A DNA stretch of 64,000 nt from assembly GCA_031409275.1 (NCBI GenBank), contig JANNXA010000050.1, positions 1-64,000 on the forward strand, read 5' to 3'. The first letter of the stretch is position 1; each line of letters begins with the position of its first letter. This document shows positions 9,989 through 18,511 of the stretch, piece by piece. Source of the stretch: Planctomycetota bacterium (GTDB taxonomy: Bacteria; Planctomycetota; B15-G4; SIAN01). The notes under the pieces were generated by a model. That model ran no database searches. It saw only the letters and a program-made list of their open reading frames with translations, and had not been told where the DNA came from. A program made the position numbers and the translations under genes.

Positions 9989-9995
9989 AAGTTCC
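9989..9995 (-). promoter_or_regulatory. Possible ECF -35 element (GGAACTT) upstream of the ECF sigma gene
   Basis: Exact GGAACTT on the minus strand about 55 nt before the ATG. No canonical -10 element recognised. Confidence 0.3.
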
Positions 9996-10074
9996 CGACG
10001 CCTGGCGAAACCTCGGGTCGGCGAGGGGCGCACCATAACGGCGGCTCCCGACGACGGCATGGCGGGAGCGGCGC

Positions 10075-11811
10075 TCAGCGAACGCGCGGGAACGGCGGCG
10101 GCCGAGGGGTGAGGGCGCCGAGCCTGGTGCCGCGCGCCAACGGCGGACGTTGGTCGACGATCTCGGACTGGGCGTAGCCGAGCTGCTCGAGCCGTTTCAG
10201 CTCGACCTTGGAGAGCGGCGGCGGCGGCGGACCGCATTCCACGTTCGCGAGCCAGCGGCCCAGGCGACCGCCATTCGAGTAGGCGGCGTCGTAGCGCGCG
10301 ATCGCCCGCTGCACCTCGAGCTCCTGGCTGCGGGCGAGGTCGCGCTGTTCGTTCGGGTCGGCGATCAGGTCGTAGACGCGGCCGCGCACTTCGCCCGGCA
10401 CCTTTCGCATCACGCCATCGCTCCCCGGCTGCTGCGAATAGACCTGCGTCACCACGACCTTGAAACGGTCGGTGACCAGCGCGAACGAATAGACCGGGTG
10501 CGCTGGGTCCTGCCACTGGTTGGCGAGGAAGGCGAGCGATTCGCGGTCGTCGCTCGCGGCACCTTCGAGCTGCGGACGCAGCGAACTGCCCCACATGCCA
10601 TGGATGCGATCGCCGGGCTCGAGGCCGGGAATCTCCTTCTCGAAGAAGTCGACTTGATCGACCACTCCGCACAGGTCGACGAGCGTCGGCGCGACGTCTG
10701 CCATCGAAACGCGACCCGGGATCCGTCGCCCGGCTTCGAGCATGCCGGGCCAGCGCATGATCCATCCCATCGACAGCGTCGACTGGAACAAGTTCTGTCG
10801 ATGGCCCTTGGCCCCGTGATCGAAGAACTCGTCGCCATGGTCGCTGACGATGCACACGATCGTGTCGCGCTCGAGTCCGAGCGCCGCAAGCTTCTCGAGC
10901 ACGCGCCCGACCTGCGAATCGACCCAGCGAATCTCGCCGTCGTAGTAGCTCTGAACCCCGTCGAGCTCCTCGCGCTTCATCGCCGAGTGGATCGCGGGGT
11001 TTTCGAAGAAGTGATCGCCATTCAGCCGCGGCTTGCCATCGCTCCAGAAGGCGCGCGCGTAGCTCTCCTCGGGCGGCGCGAAGTCGTAGTGGACGTCGAA
11101 GTAGTGCAGGAACAAGAAGAACGGTTGCTCGGGCTTCCGTTTCTGCTGCGCGTCGAGGAAGTCGCGACCCGCATCGCTGACGCGCTTTGCGGACGCCGTC
11201 ACGTGGTAGCTCTGCTCCACCGCGCCGGCGACCTTCGACGCCGCCTGCTGAAGGCCGCTGGGGTCGTGGCTCGCCGCGGGGTCGCCCGCTTCCTCGGCTC
11301 CGGCGGCGATCAACGCCTCCTCGACGCCGGAGGCGTTGCGCCACTCGTCGAAGCCGTCGCCAAAACCGTAATGGTCGCCGAGGTAGGGGCCCGAGTAGTA
11401 GCCCGCCGTCGCGTAGCCGGCGTTGGCCAACAGTTGGGCGATCTGCACGCGAGAAAGCGTCGGCCCGTAGCCGTCCGACAGCACGCCGTGCGCGAGGTCG
11501 GGCAACCCACTCATCAGTGCGTGGTGCGACGGCAACGTCCAGGTCGTCGTCGAGACCGCGTGCTCGAACAGGACGCCCTGCTGCGCCACGGCATCGATGT
11601 TGGCGCTCGTCCTGGCGCCCGTTCGCGTCGCATAGCCGTAGCAACCGAGGTGGTCGGGCCGCGTGCTGTCGAGCGAGATCAGCAGGACGTTGGGGTGCTT
11701 GGGCCGTGGCTTGGGCGGCGCTTCCTTCGAGCATGCGGCCAACCACGCCACCGCCAGCGCGCCGACGAGCACGCTGCGCCGACGCGCGTACGATGGTGGA
11801 ATCGTGGTCAT
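10075..11811 (-). CDS. Sulfatase-like / alkaline-phosphatase-superfamily lipoprotein
   Basis: Lipobox LAAC after an RRR-containing leader. Motifs PNVLLISLDSTRPDHLGCYG, WTLPSH, PFFLFLHYFDVH, SDHGDEFFDHG, YDLIADPNEQRDL. Confidence 0.85.
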   Translation of the reverse strand: MTTIPPSYARRRSVLVGALAVAWLAACSKEAPPKPRPKHPNVLLISLDSTRPDHLGCYGYATRTGARTSANIDAVAQQGVLFEHAVSTTTWTLPSHHALMSGLPDLAHGVLSDGYGPTLSRVQIAQLLANAGYATAGYYSGPYLGDHYGFGDGFDEWRNASGVEEALIAAGAEEAGDPAASHDPSGLQQAASKVAGAVEQSYHVTASAKRVSDAGRDFLDAQQKRKPEQPFFLFLHYFDVHYDFAPPEESYARAFWSDGKPRLNGDHFFENPAIHSAMKREELDGVQSYYDGEIRWVDSQVGRVLEKLAALGLERDTIVCIVSDHGDEFFDHGAKGHRQNLFQSTLSMGWIMRWPGMLEAGRRIPGRVSMADVAPTLVDLCGVVDQVDFFEKEIPGLEPGDRIHGMWGSSLRPQLEGAASDDRESLAFLANQWQDPAHPVYSFALVTDRFKVVVTQVYSQQPGSDGVMRKVPGEVRGRVYDLIADPNEQRDLARSQELEVQRAIARYDAAYSNGGRLGRWLANVECGPPPPPLSKVELKRLEQLGYAQSEIVDQRPPLARGTRLGALTPRPPPFPRVR

Positions 11812-13603
11812 GGAGAGGGTCGCCGATTCTGCGGAGGGCACGGGGGCGTCGCAAGGCGCGTTCCTGCGCCGTCCTCTCGCGCGCCTGCTCCCTTGGCTCG
11901 CGCTGCCCTACTCGTTCGTGCTGATCGTGATGCTGGCGCGACAGGCCGACCTGCCGGGGCTGCTCCACGACGACGGCGTCTACGTCGCGATGGCGCGCGG
12001 GATCGAACAGGGAATCGGACCGGTCGACACCCATCTGGGCGCAGACGCGCGCACCGCCCGCTTCCCGCCGCTCTATCCCGCGCTCCTGGCGGCGACGCGC
12101 ACGCCGCTGCACGTCGATGCGGGAGGCGTCGTCGGCAGCCACCGTTGGGTCGCGCTGAACGGCGCGCTGCTCGGCCTCGCGTGGTTCGCGTTCGTCCACT
12201 GGGCGATCCGCTGGCGCAACGTCGCGCCGCTGGTGGCCCTCGCCGTCGCCACGTTGGGCTTCACGCTCCCCCACCTGCTCGGCCTGGCGCAGCACCTGAT
12301 GAGCGAGAGCCTCTTCCTCGCGCTGCTGTGCGTCGCGCTGCTGCTGCACGACCGCGCCGCCGAGCGGCCGACCGCCCTGCGCCTCGTCGCCGCCGGCTTC
12401 GTGGCGGGCCTCCTGCCCGCCACGCGCACCCTCGGCGCCGCGGCGGTGGCCGCGCTGCTGCTGGGGCAATGGCTCGCGGCGCGCCGCGCGACACCGCGCT
12501 CGTGGCGACCGGTCGCCCTCTGCTCGGCGGCGGCCGCGCTGCCATGGCTCGCCGCGACGCTTTGGAGCGCCGCTTCCGCGAATGACGCTACGTCGCCGCT
12601 CTACGGCCCCGACTACGGCGATCTGCTGGCGCCGCTGCGCGAGATGCCGTTCATCGCATGGGTGAACGCGGTGCGCTTCGCCGACTGGCTCGCCTACGCA
12701 TTCGCGCCGCGCTGGCCGCTGGCAGATGGAAGCAGTCTGGTGCGAGCGCTGCTGCGACTGCTGCCGGGCACGCTGCTCGCCCTCGCGGCGCTGCTCGCGA
12801 CGCTGCGCGCATGGCGCCGCCGCGAGCCGCTGCCGGCCCACCGCCTCGCGATCGTCGCGCTGGTCGCGCTGCTGCTCTTCTGGCCGTTCCACGACCTGCG
12901 CTTCGTGTTGCCGCTCGCGCCCTTTGCCGCGCTGGCGACGGCGAGCGTGCTGAACGGAATGGTCGTGACCGTCGCCGGTGCACGCCTCAGCGCTCGAGCG
13001 CGCGCCGCGCTGGTCGCCGCGCCGCTGCTCGCGCTGGCCGCGTGGAACGCTCCGCTCAGCTGGCAGTTCCTCTGCGCTGCCAACCGCGGCGGCGAACGCG
13101 CGGCGTTCTTCGGCCTTTCGCTCCCGACCGAACCGTTCCACCTCGCCGCCGCCGAACTGCGCCGCCTCGCCGAGGCAGAACGCGCCAGCAGCGCGGCCAT
13201 CGCGGCGTCAACTTCGAGCGAACCAGCGGCGGCGTGCACCCTCGACTCGGGCCTCGCGCTGTGGAGCGGCGTGCGCTGCGTCTCCGCGTGGCGCAACGAC
13301 CGACCGCTCGACGAGGGTTACGTCGGGCGCGAGGGTGACTTGAAGCGCCTCTACTTCCGAGCCCTGCCGCCACCGATCGCGGAAGAGCGGATGGCCGCCG
13401 AAGCGGGATCGGTCCTCGCCGAATACGGGCGCCTCGACGTGCACTGGCTCGTGATGCCGCGACTCGACGGAGCCGGCATGCCGTCGCACCACGTCCAGCT
13501 CGATCGGCTGCTGCGCCACCAGAGGAGTCGCGCGCAACCGCTCCTACGCCCGCTCTGGCGCACGCCGCAAGGCGAGTTCGAGCTGTGGACGTTCACTCCG
13601 TAG
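11810..13603 (+). CDS. Polytopic GT-C fold glycosyltransferase-like membrane protein (ArnT/PMT-like)
   Basis: HDDGVYVAMARGI after the first TM helix; FPPLYPALLA; MSESLF; RFVLPLAPF; many TM helices. Start uncertain. Confidence 0.65.
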   Translation: MERVADSAEGTGASQGAFLRRPLARLLPWLALPYSFVLIVMLARQADLPGLLHDDGVYVAMARGIEQGIGPVDTHLGADARTARFPPLYPALLAATRTPLHVDAGGVVGSHRWVALNGALLGLAWFAFVHWAIRWRNVAPLVALAVATLGFTLPHLLGLAQHLMSESLFLALLCVALLLHDRAAERPTALRLVAAGFVAGLLPATRTLGAAAVAALLLGQWLAARRATPRSWRPVALCSAAAALPWLAATLWSAASANDATSPLYGPDYGDLLAPLREMPFIAWVNAVRFADWLAYAFAPRWPLADGSSLVRALLRLLPGTLLALAALLATLRAWRRREPLPAHRLAIVALVALLLFWPFHDLRFVLPLAPFAALATASVLNGMVVTVAGARLSARARAALVAAPLLALAAWNAPLSWQFLCAANRGGERAAFFGLSLPTEPFHLAAAELRRLAEAERASSAAIAASTSSEPAAACTLDSGLALWSGVRCVSAWRNDRPLDEGYVGREGDLKRLYFRALPPPIAEERMAAEAGSVLAEYGRLDVHWLVMPRLDGAGMPSHHVQLDRLLRHQRSRAQPLLRPLWRTPQGEFELWTFTP

Positions 13604-13634
13604 CGGAGCCGGACGATCCGCGGGACCGAAGGTC

Positions 13635-13845
13635 CCCGCGCCCGAGCCGCGTCGCTTCGCGACGCGCTCCTCACCACTCTCCCCGCTTCCCGTCCCGCGC
13701 CCGAGCCGCGTCGCTTCGCGACGCGCTCCTAACTACCTCCCCCCCGTTCACGCTCGCGAGCCGTGCCGCCCTGCGGCACGCTCCCCACCACCCCGCCCCC
13801 GCTTCCCGTCCAGCCCCCGCGCCGCGTCGCCATGCGACGCGCTCC
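13635..13845. repeat. Tandem array of four hairpin units (~55-62 bp period), REP-like
   Basis: Identical 37-mers at 13635-13671 and 13694-13730 (core CGCGTCGC-TTC-GCGACGCG). Variants CGTGCCGC-CCT-GCGGCACG (~13762-13780) and CGCGTCGC-CAT-GCGACGCG (~13823-13841). C-rich linkers. Confidence 0.85.
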
Positions 13846-13947
13846 CCACCACCTCGCCCCCTCTTCCCGCGTGATGCGCTGCGACGGGCGCGCCGCGCCC
13901 GCTCGTCAGCTCCATCTCGCGGTTCGGCGGCAAGGTCCGCCGAACGG

Positions 13948-13994
13948 TGATTGACCTGCGAACGGCGCACAGCGCCGTTCGTCAGGTCCAATCA
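13948..13994 (-). terminator. Long stem-loop covering the rho stop codon (terminator- or stabiliser-like)
   Basis: TGATTGACCTG-CGAACGGCGC / GCGCCGTTCG-T-CAGGTC-C-AATCA. A second hairpin lies at 13922-13945. No U-tract. Confidence 0.5.
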
Positions 13995-15461
13995 CTCTTT
14001 GATGATGAACTTGCTCAGGAACTCCGCATTCGTCTCGGTCTTCTCGAGCTTCTGCATCAGCAGTTCCATGCCCTCGACCGGGTTCATCTTGTTCAGCACC
14101 CGGCGCAGCGTCCACATGCGCTCGAGGACATCCGCCTTGAGCAGACGCTCCTCGCGACGCGTACCCGATTTGTTGATCTCGATGGCGGGGAAGATGCGCC
14201 GCTCGGCGAGCTTGCGGTCGAGCACCAGTTCCATGTTGCCGGTGCCCTTGAACTCCTCGAAGATCACCTCGTCCATGCGGCTGCCGGTATCGACGAGCGC
14301 CGTGGCGCAGATGGTCAGCGAGCCGCCGCCTTCGACGTTGCGCGCCGAACCGAACAGTGCGCGCGGGCGCTCCATGGTGCGCGAATCGAGACCGCCCGAC
14401 ATCGTGCGTCCGCCCGCCTTCATCTCGGCGTTGTAGTTGCGGCCGAGACGCGTCAGCGAGTCGAGCAGGATGAAGACGTCGCGTCCGCTCTCGAGCAGCC
14501 GTTTGGCGCGCTCGGCGGCGAGTTCCGCGACGCGCACGCCGTTGCTCGGCGGCTCGTCGTTCGTCGAGTAGATCACTTCGCCGTGCGTGATGACGCGCGA
14601 GAAGTCGGTCGCCTCTTCGGGCCGCTCGTCGATCAACAGCACCATCAGGTGCGTGTCGGGGTACCCCTCCATGATCCGCTTGGCGATCTTCTGCAAGATG
14701 ATCGTCTTGCCGGATCGCGGCGACGCGGTGATGAGCGCGCGTTGTCCCTTGCCGATCGGGCAGAGCAGATCGATCGCGCGCAGCGTCAGATCGCCCGATC
14801 CATCCTCCATCACGTACTGCTCGGTCGGGTCGATCGACACGAGCGACTTGTAGGCCGGACGCGTGATCGCGAGTTCAGGGTCGAGGCCGTCGATCCGATC
14901 GATCCGCTCCACGGCGAAGTTGCCGCCGCGGCCGCGCGGAGGCCCGACCGTTCCTTCGACGAAGGAGCCGAGCCGCAACCCGTAGCGGCGCACCAGCGCC
15001 GTCGGGACGAAGAGGTCGTCCGGACTCGGCTCGAAGTTGCGCTCGATCGAACGCAGGAAGCCGTAGCCATCGGGGTTGAGGTCGAGGACGCCGCCACCCA
15101 CCACGCCGACGCGACCCGCGGGCGCCGCAGCCATCGGCACGCTCGCATGCGGCGCGTGCGCTGGAGCATGCGGCGGGAACGGGCGCTGGCCGCCACCGTT
15201 CGTGCCGAGTTGCGGAACGGGTCCCGGGCCGACCGGCCCGCCGTATCCCGCTTGGCCGCCGAATCCACCCGGTCCCGGTCCGCCGCCGTGGCCGCCATCG
15301 GCCGGTGCACCGAAAGGAGGGCCGCCTTGCGTCCGGAAGCCACCTTCGAAGCCGCCACCTGGACGTGGCCCTCGACCGCGTCCACGCCGCCGCCGCTTGT
15401 TGCGCAAGAAGCGGCCGCGATCGTCATTCGGACGCGGCTGGAACTCGTTCCCGTCGTTCAA
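13992..15461 (-). CDS. rho: Transcription termination factor Rho with a low-complexity N-terminus
   Basis: Motifs DGYGFLRS, PIGKGQRALI, GKT, LLIDERPEE, DSLTRL, FEEFKGTGNMEL, INKSGTRREE. TTG 15461 follows GGGAGAG; the alternative start is GTG 15488. Confidence 0.97.
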   Translation of the reverse strand: MNDGNEFQPRPNDDRGRFLRNKRRRRGRGRGPRPGGGFEGGFRTQGGPPFGAPADGGHGGGPGPGGFGGQAGYGGPVGPGPVPQLGTNGGGQRPFPPHAPAHAPHASVPMAAAPAGRVGVVGGGVLDLNPDGYGFLRSIERNFEPSPDDLFVPTALVRRYGLRLGSFVEGTVGPPRGRGGNFAVERIDRIDGLDPELAITRPAYKSLVSIDPTEQYVMEDGSGDLTLRAIDLLCPIGKGQRALITASPRSGKTIILQKIAKRIMEGYPDTHLMVLLIDERPEEATDFSRVITHGEVIYSTNDEPPSNGVRVAELAAERAKRLLESGRDVFILLDSLTRLGRNYNAEMKAGGRTMSGGLDSRTMERPRALFGSARNVEGGGSLTICATALVDTGSRMDEVIFEEFKGTGNMELVLDRKLAERRIFPAIEINKSGTRREERLLKADVLERMWTLRRVLNKMNPVEGMELLMQKLEKTETNAEFLSKFIIKE

Positions 15462-15772
15462 AGCGTCACTCTCCCAATCCCTCGGCACCGACGCTCAAGA
15501 CGGCCCGCGGTCGACGCGATGTCACGCGCCCCTGCGGGCCAAGCGGGTGCCGGCTGTAGGTCCGACACGGCGATCCAACACGACCGATCGAACTCGGCCG
15601 CTAGAACTCTGCGAGGAGTCAGAAGGGCTGCGGCGCCACGACGGCGAAACGGTCGGCGCGCCGGCCCCTCGGAACTCATCCCTTGGCGAGCGGACGTCGC
15701 AACTTGTCCACCCGACCCGATTCATCGACTCGTCCGCCGTCGCGCGATCCGCGACGGCCACACGACCCATCC

Positions 15773-16939
15773 ATGACGCGCGTACGGTTGAACGCGCCGG
15801 CGGGAACGCCACCTGCGGGCGTCACTGCCCTTCTCCATCGACCAAAGGCGGGCGCGGCTTCAATCCCACCCTGCCCACGCGCTGCCGATCGCCAGCGCCA
15901 CCCACAGGCTCTCCGTCATGGGCTCGCTGGATGTCTCGGGGCCCTGATCGCCGTCGCGATGGTCGCCTGCAAAACGGCGCCTCCGCAAACAGGACAGGAT
16001 TCCGAGCATCTTCCCGAGTCGACCCCACCCGTCGTGGCGCCCGACCTGCGGCCGACCGCAGCCGGACCGAGCCAAGTGCGCTTCTTGATCGCCGCCGGGG
16101 ACACCGCCGTCGCCGCAGGTCGCCTCGAAAAGGCGAAACGCCACTACGAAGATGCGCTGTCCTTGGCTCGCGACACTTCCGCCGACGCGGAGGAGATCCT
16201 CGCGCGAAACCAACTGGGCGTCCTGGCCGAGCGGCTCGGAGCCCTGGAAGACGCTCGGGATCATTACCGGCGCGCCCTGGAGTTGCAACAGGTCGCTCCA
16301 GGGGCGGTCCCGGAGGCGCGCCTGCGCGCGAACCTCGCCGGAACGCTCGCGCGCCTGGGCGATTCGACGGCCGCCGAGCGCGAGTTCACGCTGGCGCTCG
16401 CGGCCGTCGAGCTCGATCGCGACCCCGCTTCCGCTGGCGCGGTCTACCGCCAGCTCGGTCGCGCACGCGGCGCGAGCGGACAACATGCGGAAGAAAAAAG
16501 CGCGCTCGCGTCCGCGGTCACCCTGTTCGAGCGCGCCGGTTTCGCGCTCGAGGCGGCGCGCACTCGACTGGAACTCGGGATCGCGTTGCTCGCGGCGGAC
16601 GACCCGCGTGATGCGATCCGCGAGCTGTCGCGCGCGCTCCAGGGGCTCGAGACCGCGATGGCGCGCGGCAGCGACGAGCGGCGCGCGCGGGTCGATGCGC
16701 TGACCGCGCTCGCCACCTGTTACGAGCAGTTGCAGCAGCCGAAGTACGGCCTCACCTTCCATGAACGCGCCGTCGAGCAGGCGCGCGGCCTCGACGACCG
16801 CGCGGCGCGGACCGCCGTCCTGACGCGAGCCGCAGCCGCCGCTCGCGCCGCCGATCGCATCGAGCTCGCGCTCCAGTTCGAGGCCGAGCGGACGCAGCTC
16901 GCGGCGGAGAACGGCGCGGCGGACGGCTCGCGCTACTGA
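15773..16939 (+). CDS. TPR-repeat lipoprotein
   Basis: Lipobox-like [12 protein letters not shown] motifs ([39 protein letters not shown]). Start uncertain. Confidence 0.7.
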   Translation: MTRVRLNAPAGTPPAGVTALLHRPKAGAASIPPCPRAADRQRHPQALRHGLAGCLGALIAVAMVACKTAPPQTGQDSEHLPESTPPVVAPDLRPTAAGPSQVRFLIAAGDTAVAAGRLEKAKRHYEDALSLARDTSADAEEILARNQLGVLAERLGALEDARDHYRRALELQQVAPGAVPEARLRANLAGTLARLGDSTAAEREFTLALAAVELDRDPASAGAVYRQLGRARGASGQHAEEKSALASAVTLFERAGFALEAARTRLELGIALLAADDPRDAIRELSRALQGLETAMARGSDERRARVDALTALATCYEQLQQPKYGLTFHERAVEQARGLDDRAARTAVLTRAAAAARAADRIELALQFEAERTQLAAENGAADGSRY

Positions 16940-17034
16940 ACGACGGCGGCGCGCCGTTGGCGCCGTCGCGACCGAGACCTACCATCGCCCGCTCGCTGCG
17001 CCGCGTGCGCAGCACCGCACGACAAGGAGTCCCT

Positions 17035-17796
17035 GTGGCGCGGAACAAAGTCGTCTCCAGCGCTGCCGAGGCGATCGCTGACATCCCCGACGGCGCAACG
17101 CTCATGGTCGGAGGCTTCGGGCTGTGCGGCATCCCGGAGCATCTCATCGCGGCGTTGCGCGCGCGCGGCACCAAGTCGCTCACCGTCATCAGCAACAACT
17201 GCGGCGTCGACGACTTCGGCCTCGGATTGCTGCTCGGCAACCGGCAGATCAGGAAGATGGTCTCCACGTACGTCGGCGAGAACCACGCCTTCGAGCAGCA
17301 GTTCCTCACCGGCGAACTCGAGGTCGAGCTCGTGCCGCAGGGCACCTTCGCCGAGCGCATCCGTGCCGGCGGCGCCGGCATTCCCGCCTTCTTCACGCCA
17401 ACCGGCGTCGGCACGCAGGTGAGCGAGGGCGGCCTGCCGCAGCGCTACGGCCCCGGCGGAACGGTGGCGCAGGCGTCGCCGAAGAAGGAGGTGCGCGAGT
17501 TCGACGGGCGCAAGTTCGTGCTCGAGACCGCGTTGCGCGCCGACTTCGCGCTGATCAAGGCGTGGCGGGCCGACGCGCTCGGCAACCTGCTCTTCCGCAA
17601 GACGACCCGCAACTTCAGCCCGATGATGGCGACCGCGGCGCGCTGCACGATCGTCGAGGTCGAGGAGCTCGTCCCGGCCGGAACCATCGATCCCGACGCG
17701 GTCCACGTGCCGTGCGTCTACGTCGATCGGCTGCTGGTCGGCGGCAAGTACGAGAAGCGCATCGAACAGCGCACCGTGCGCGCGAAAGGGAGCTGA
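17035..17796 (+). CDS. scoA: 3-oxoacid CoA-transferase subunit A
   Basis: [47 protein letters not shown] precedes GTG 17035. Confidence 0.95.
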   Translation: MARNKVVSSAAEAIADIPDGATLMVGGFGLCGIPEHLIAALRARGTKSLTVISNNCGVDDFGLGLLLGNRQIRKMVSTYVGENHAFEQQFLTGELEVELVPQGTFAERIRAGGAGIPAFFTPTGVGTQVSEGGLPQRYGPGGTVAQASPKKEVREFDGRKFVLETALRADFALIKAWRADALGNLLFRKTTRNFSPMMATAARCTIVEVEELVPAGTIDPDAVHVPCVYVDRLLVGGKYEKRIEQRTVRAKGS

Positions 17797-17798
17797 CC

Positions 17799-18467
<669 letters not shown>

Positions 18468-18511
18468 ACACCAGGGCTCGGCGCGAGGGAACGGCCGGTC
18501 AGGGCCGCGAC

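Noticed and set aside
9341..13141. 1266-aa track ORF as a giant sigma-factor fusion
   Set aside because: Only the last 197 aa are sigma-like. The rest is Arg-rich off-frame or antisense read-through over the sulfatase and GT-C genes.
13635..13845. CRISPR array (two identical 37-bp palindromic repeats)
   Set aside because: Spacers are only ~22 bp, low-complexity and similar to each other. Later units diverge, and no cas genes are present.
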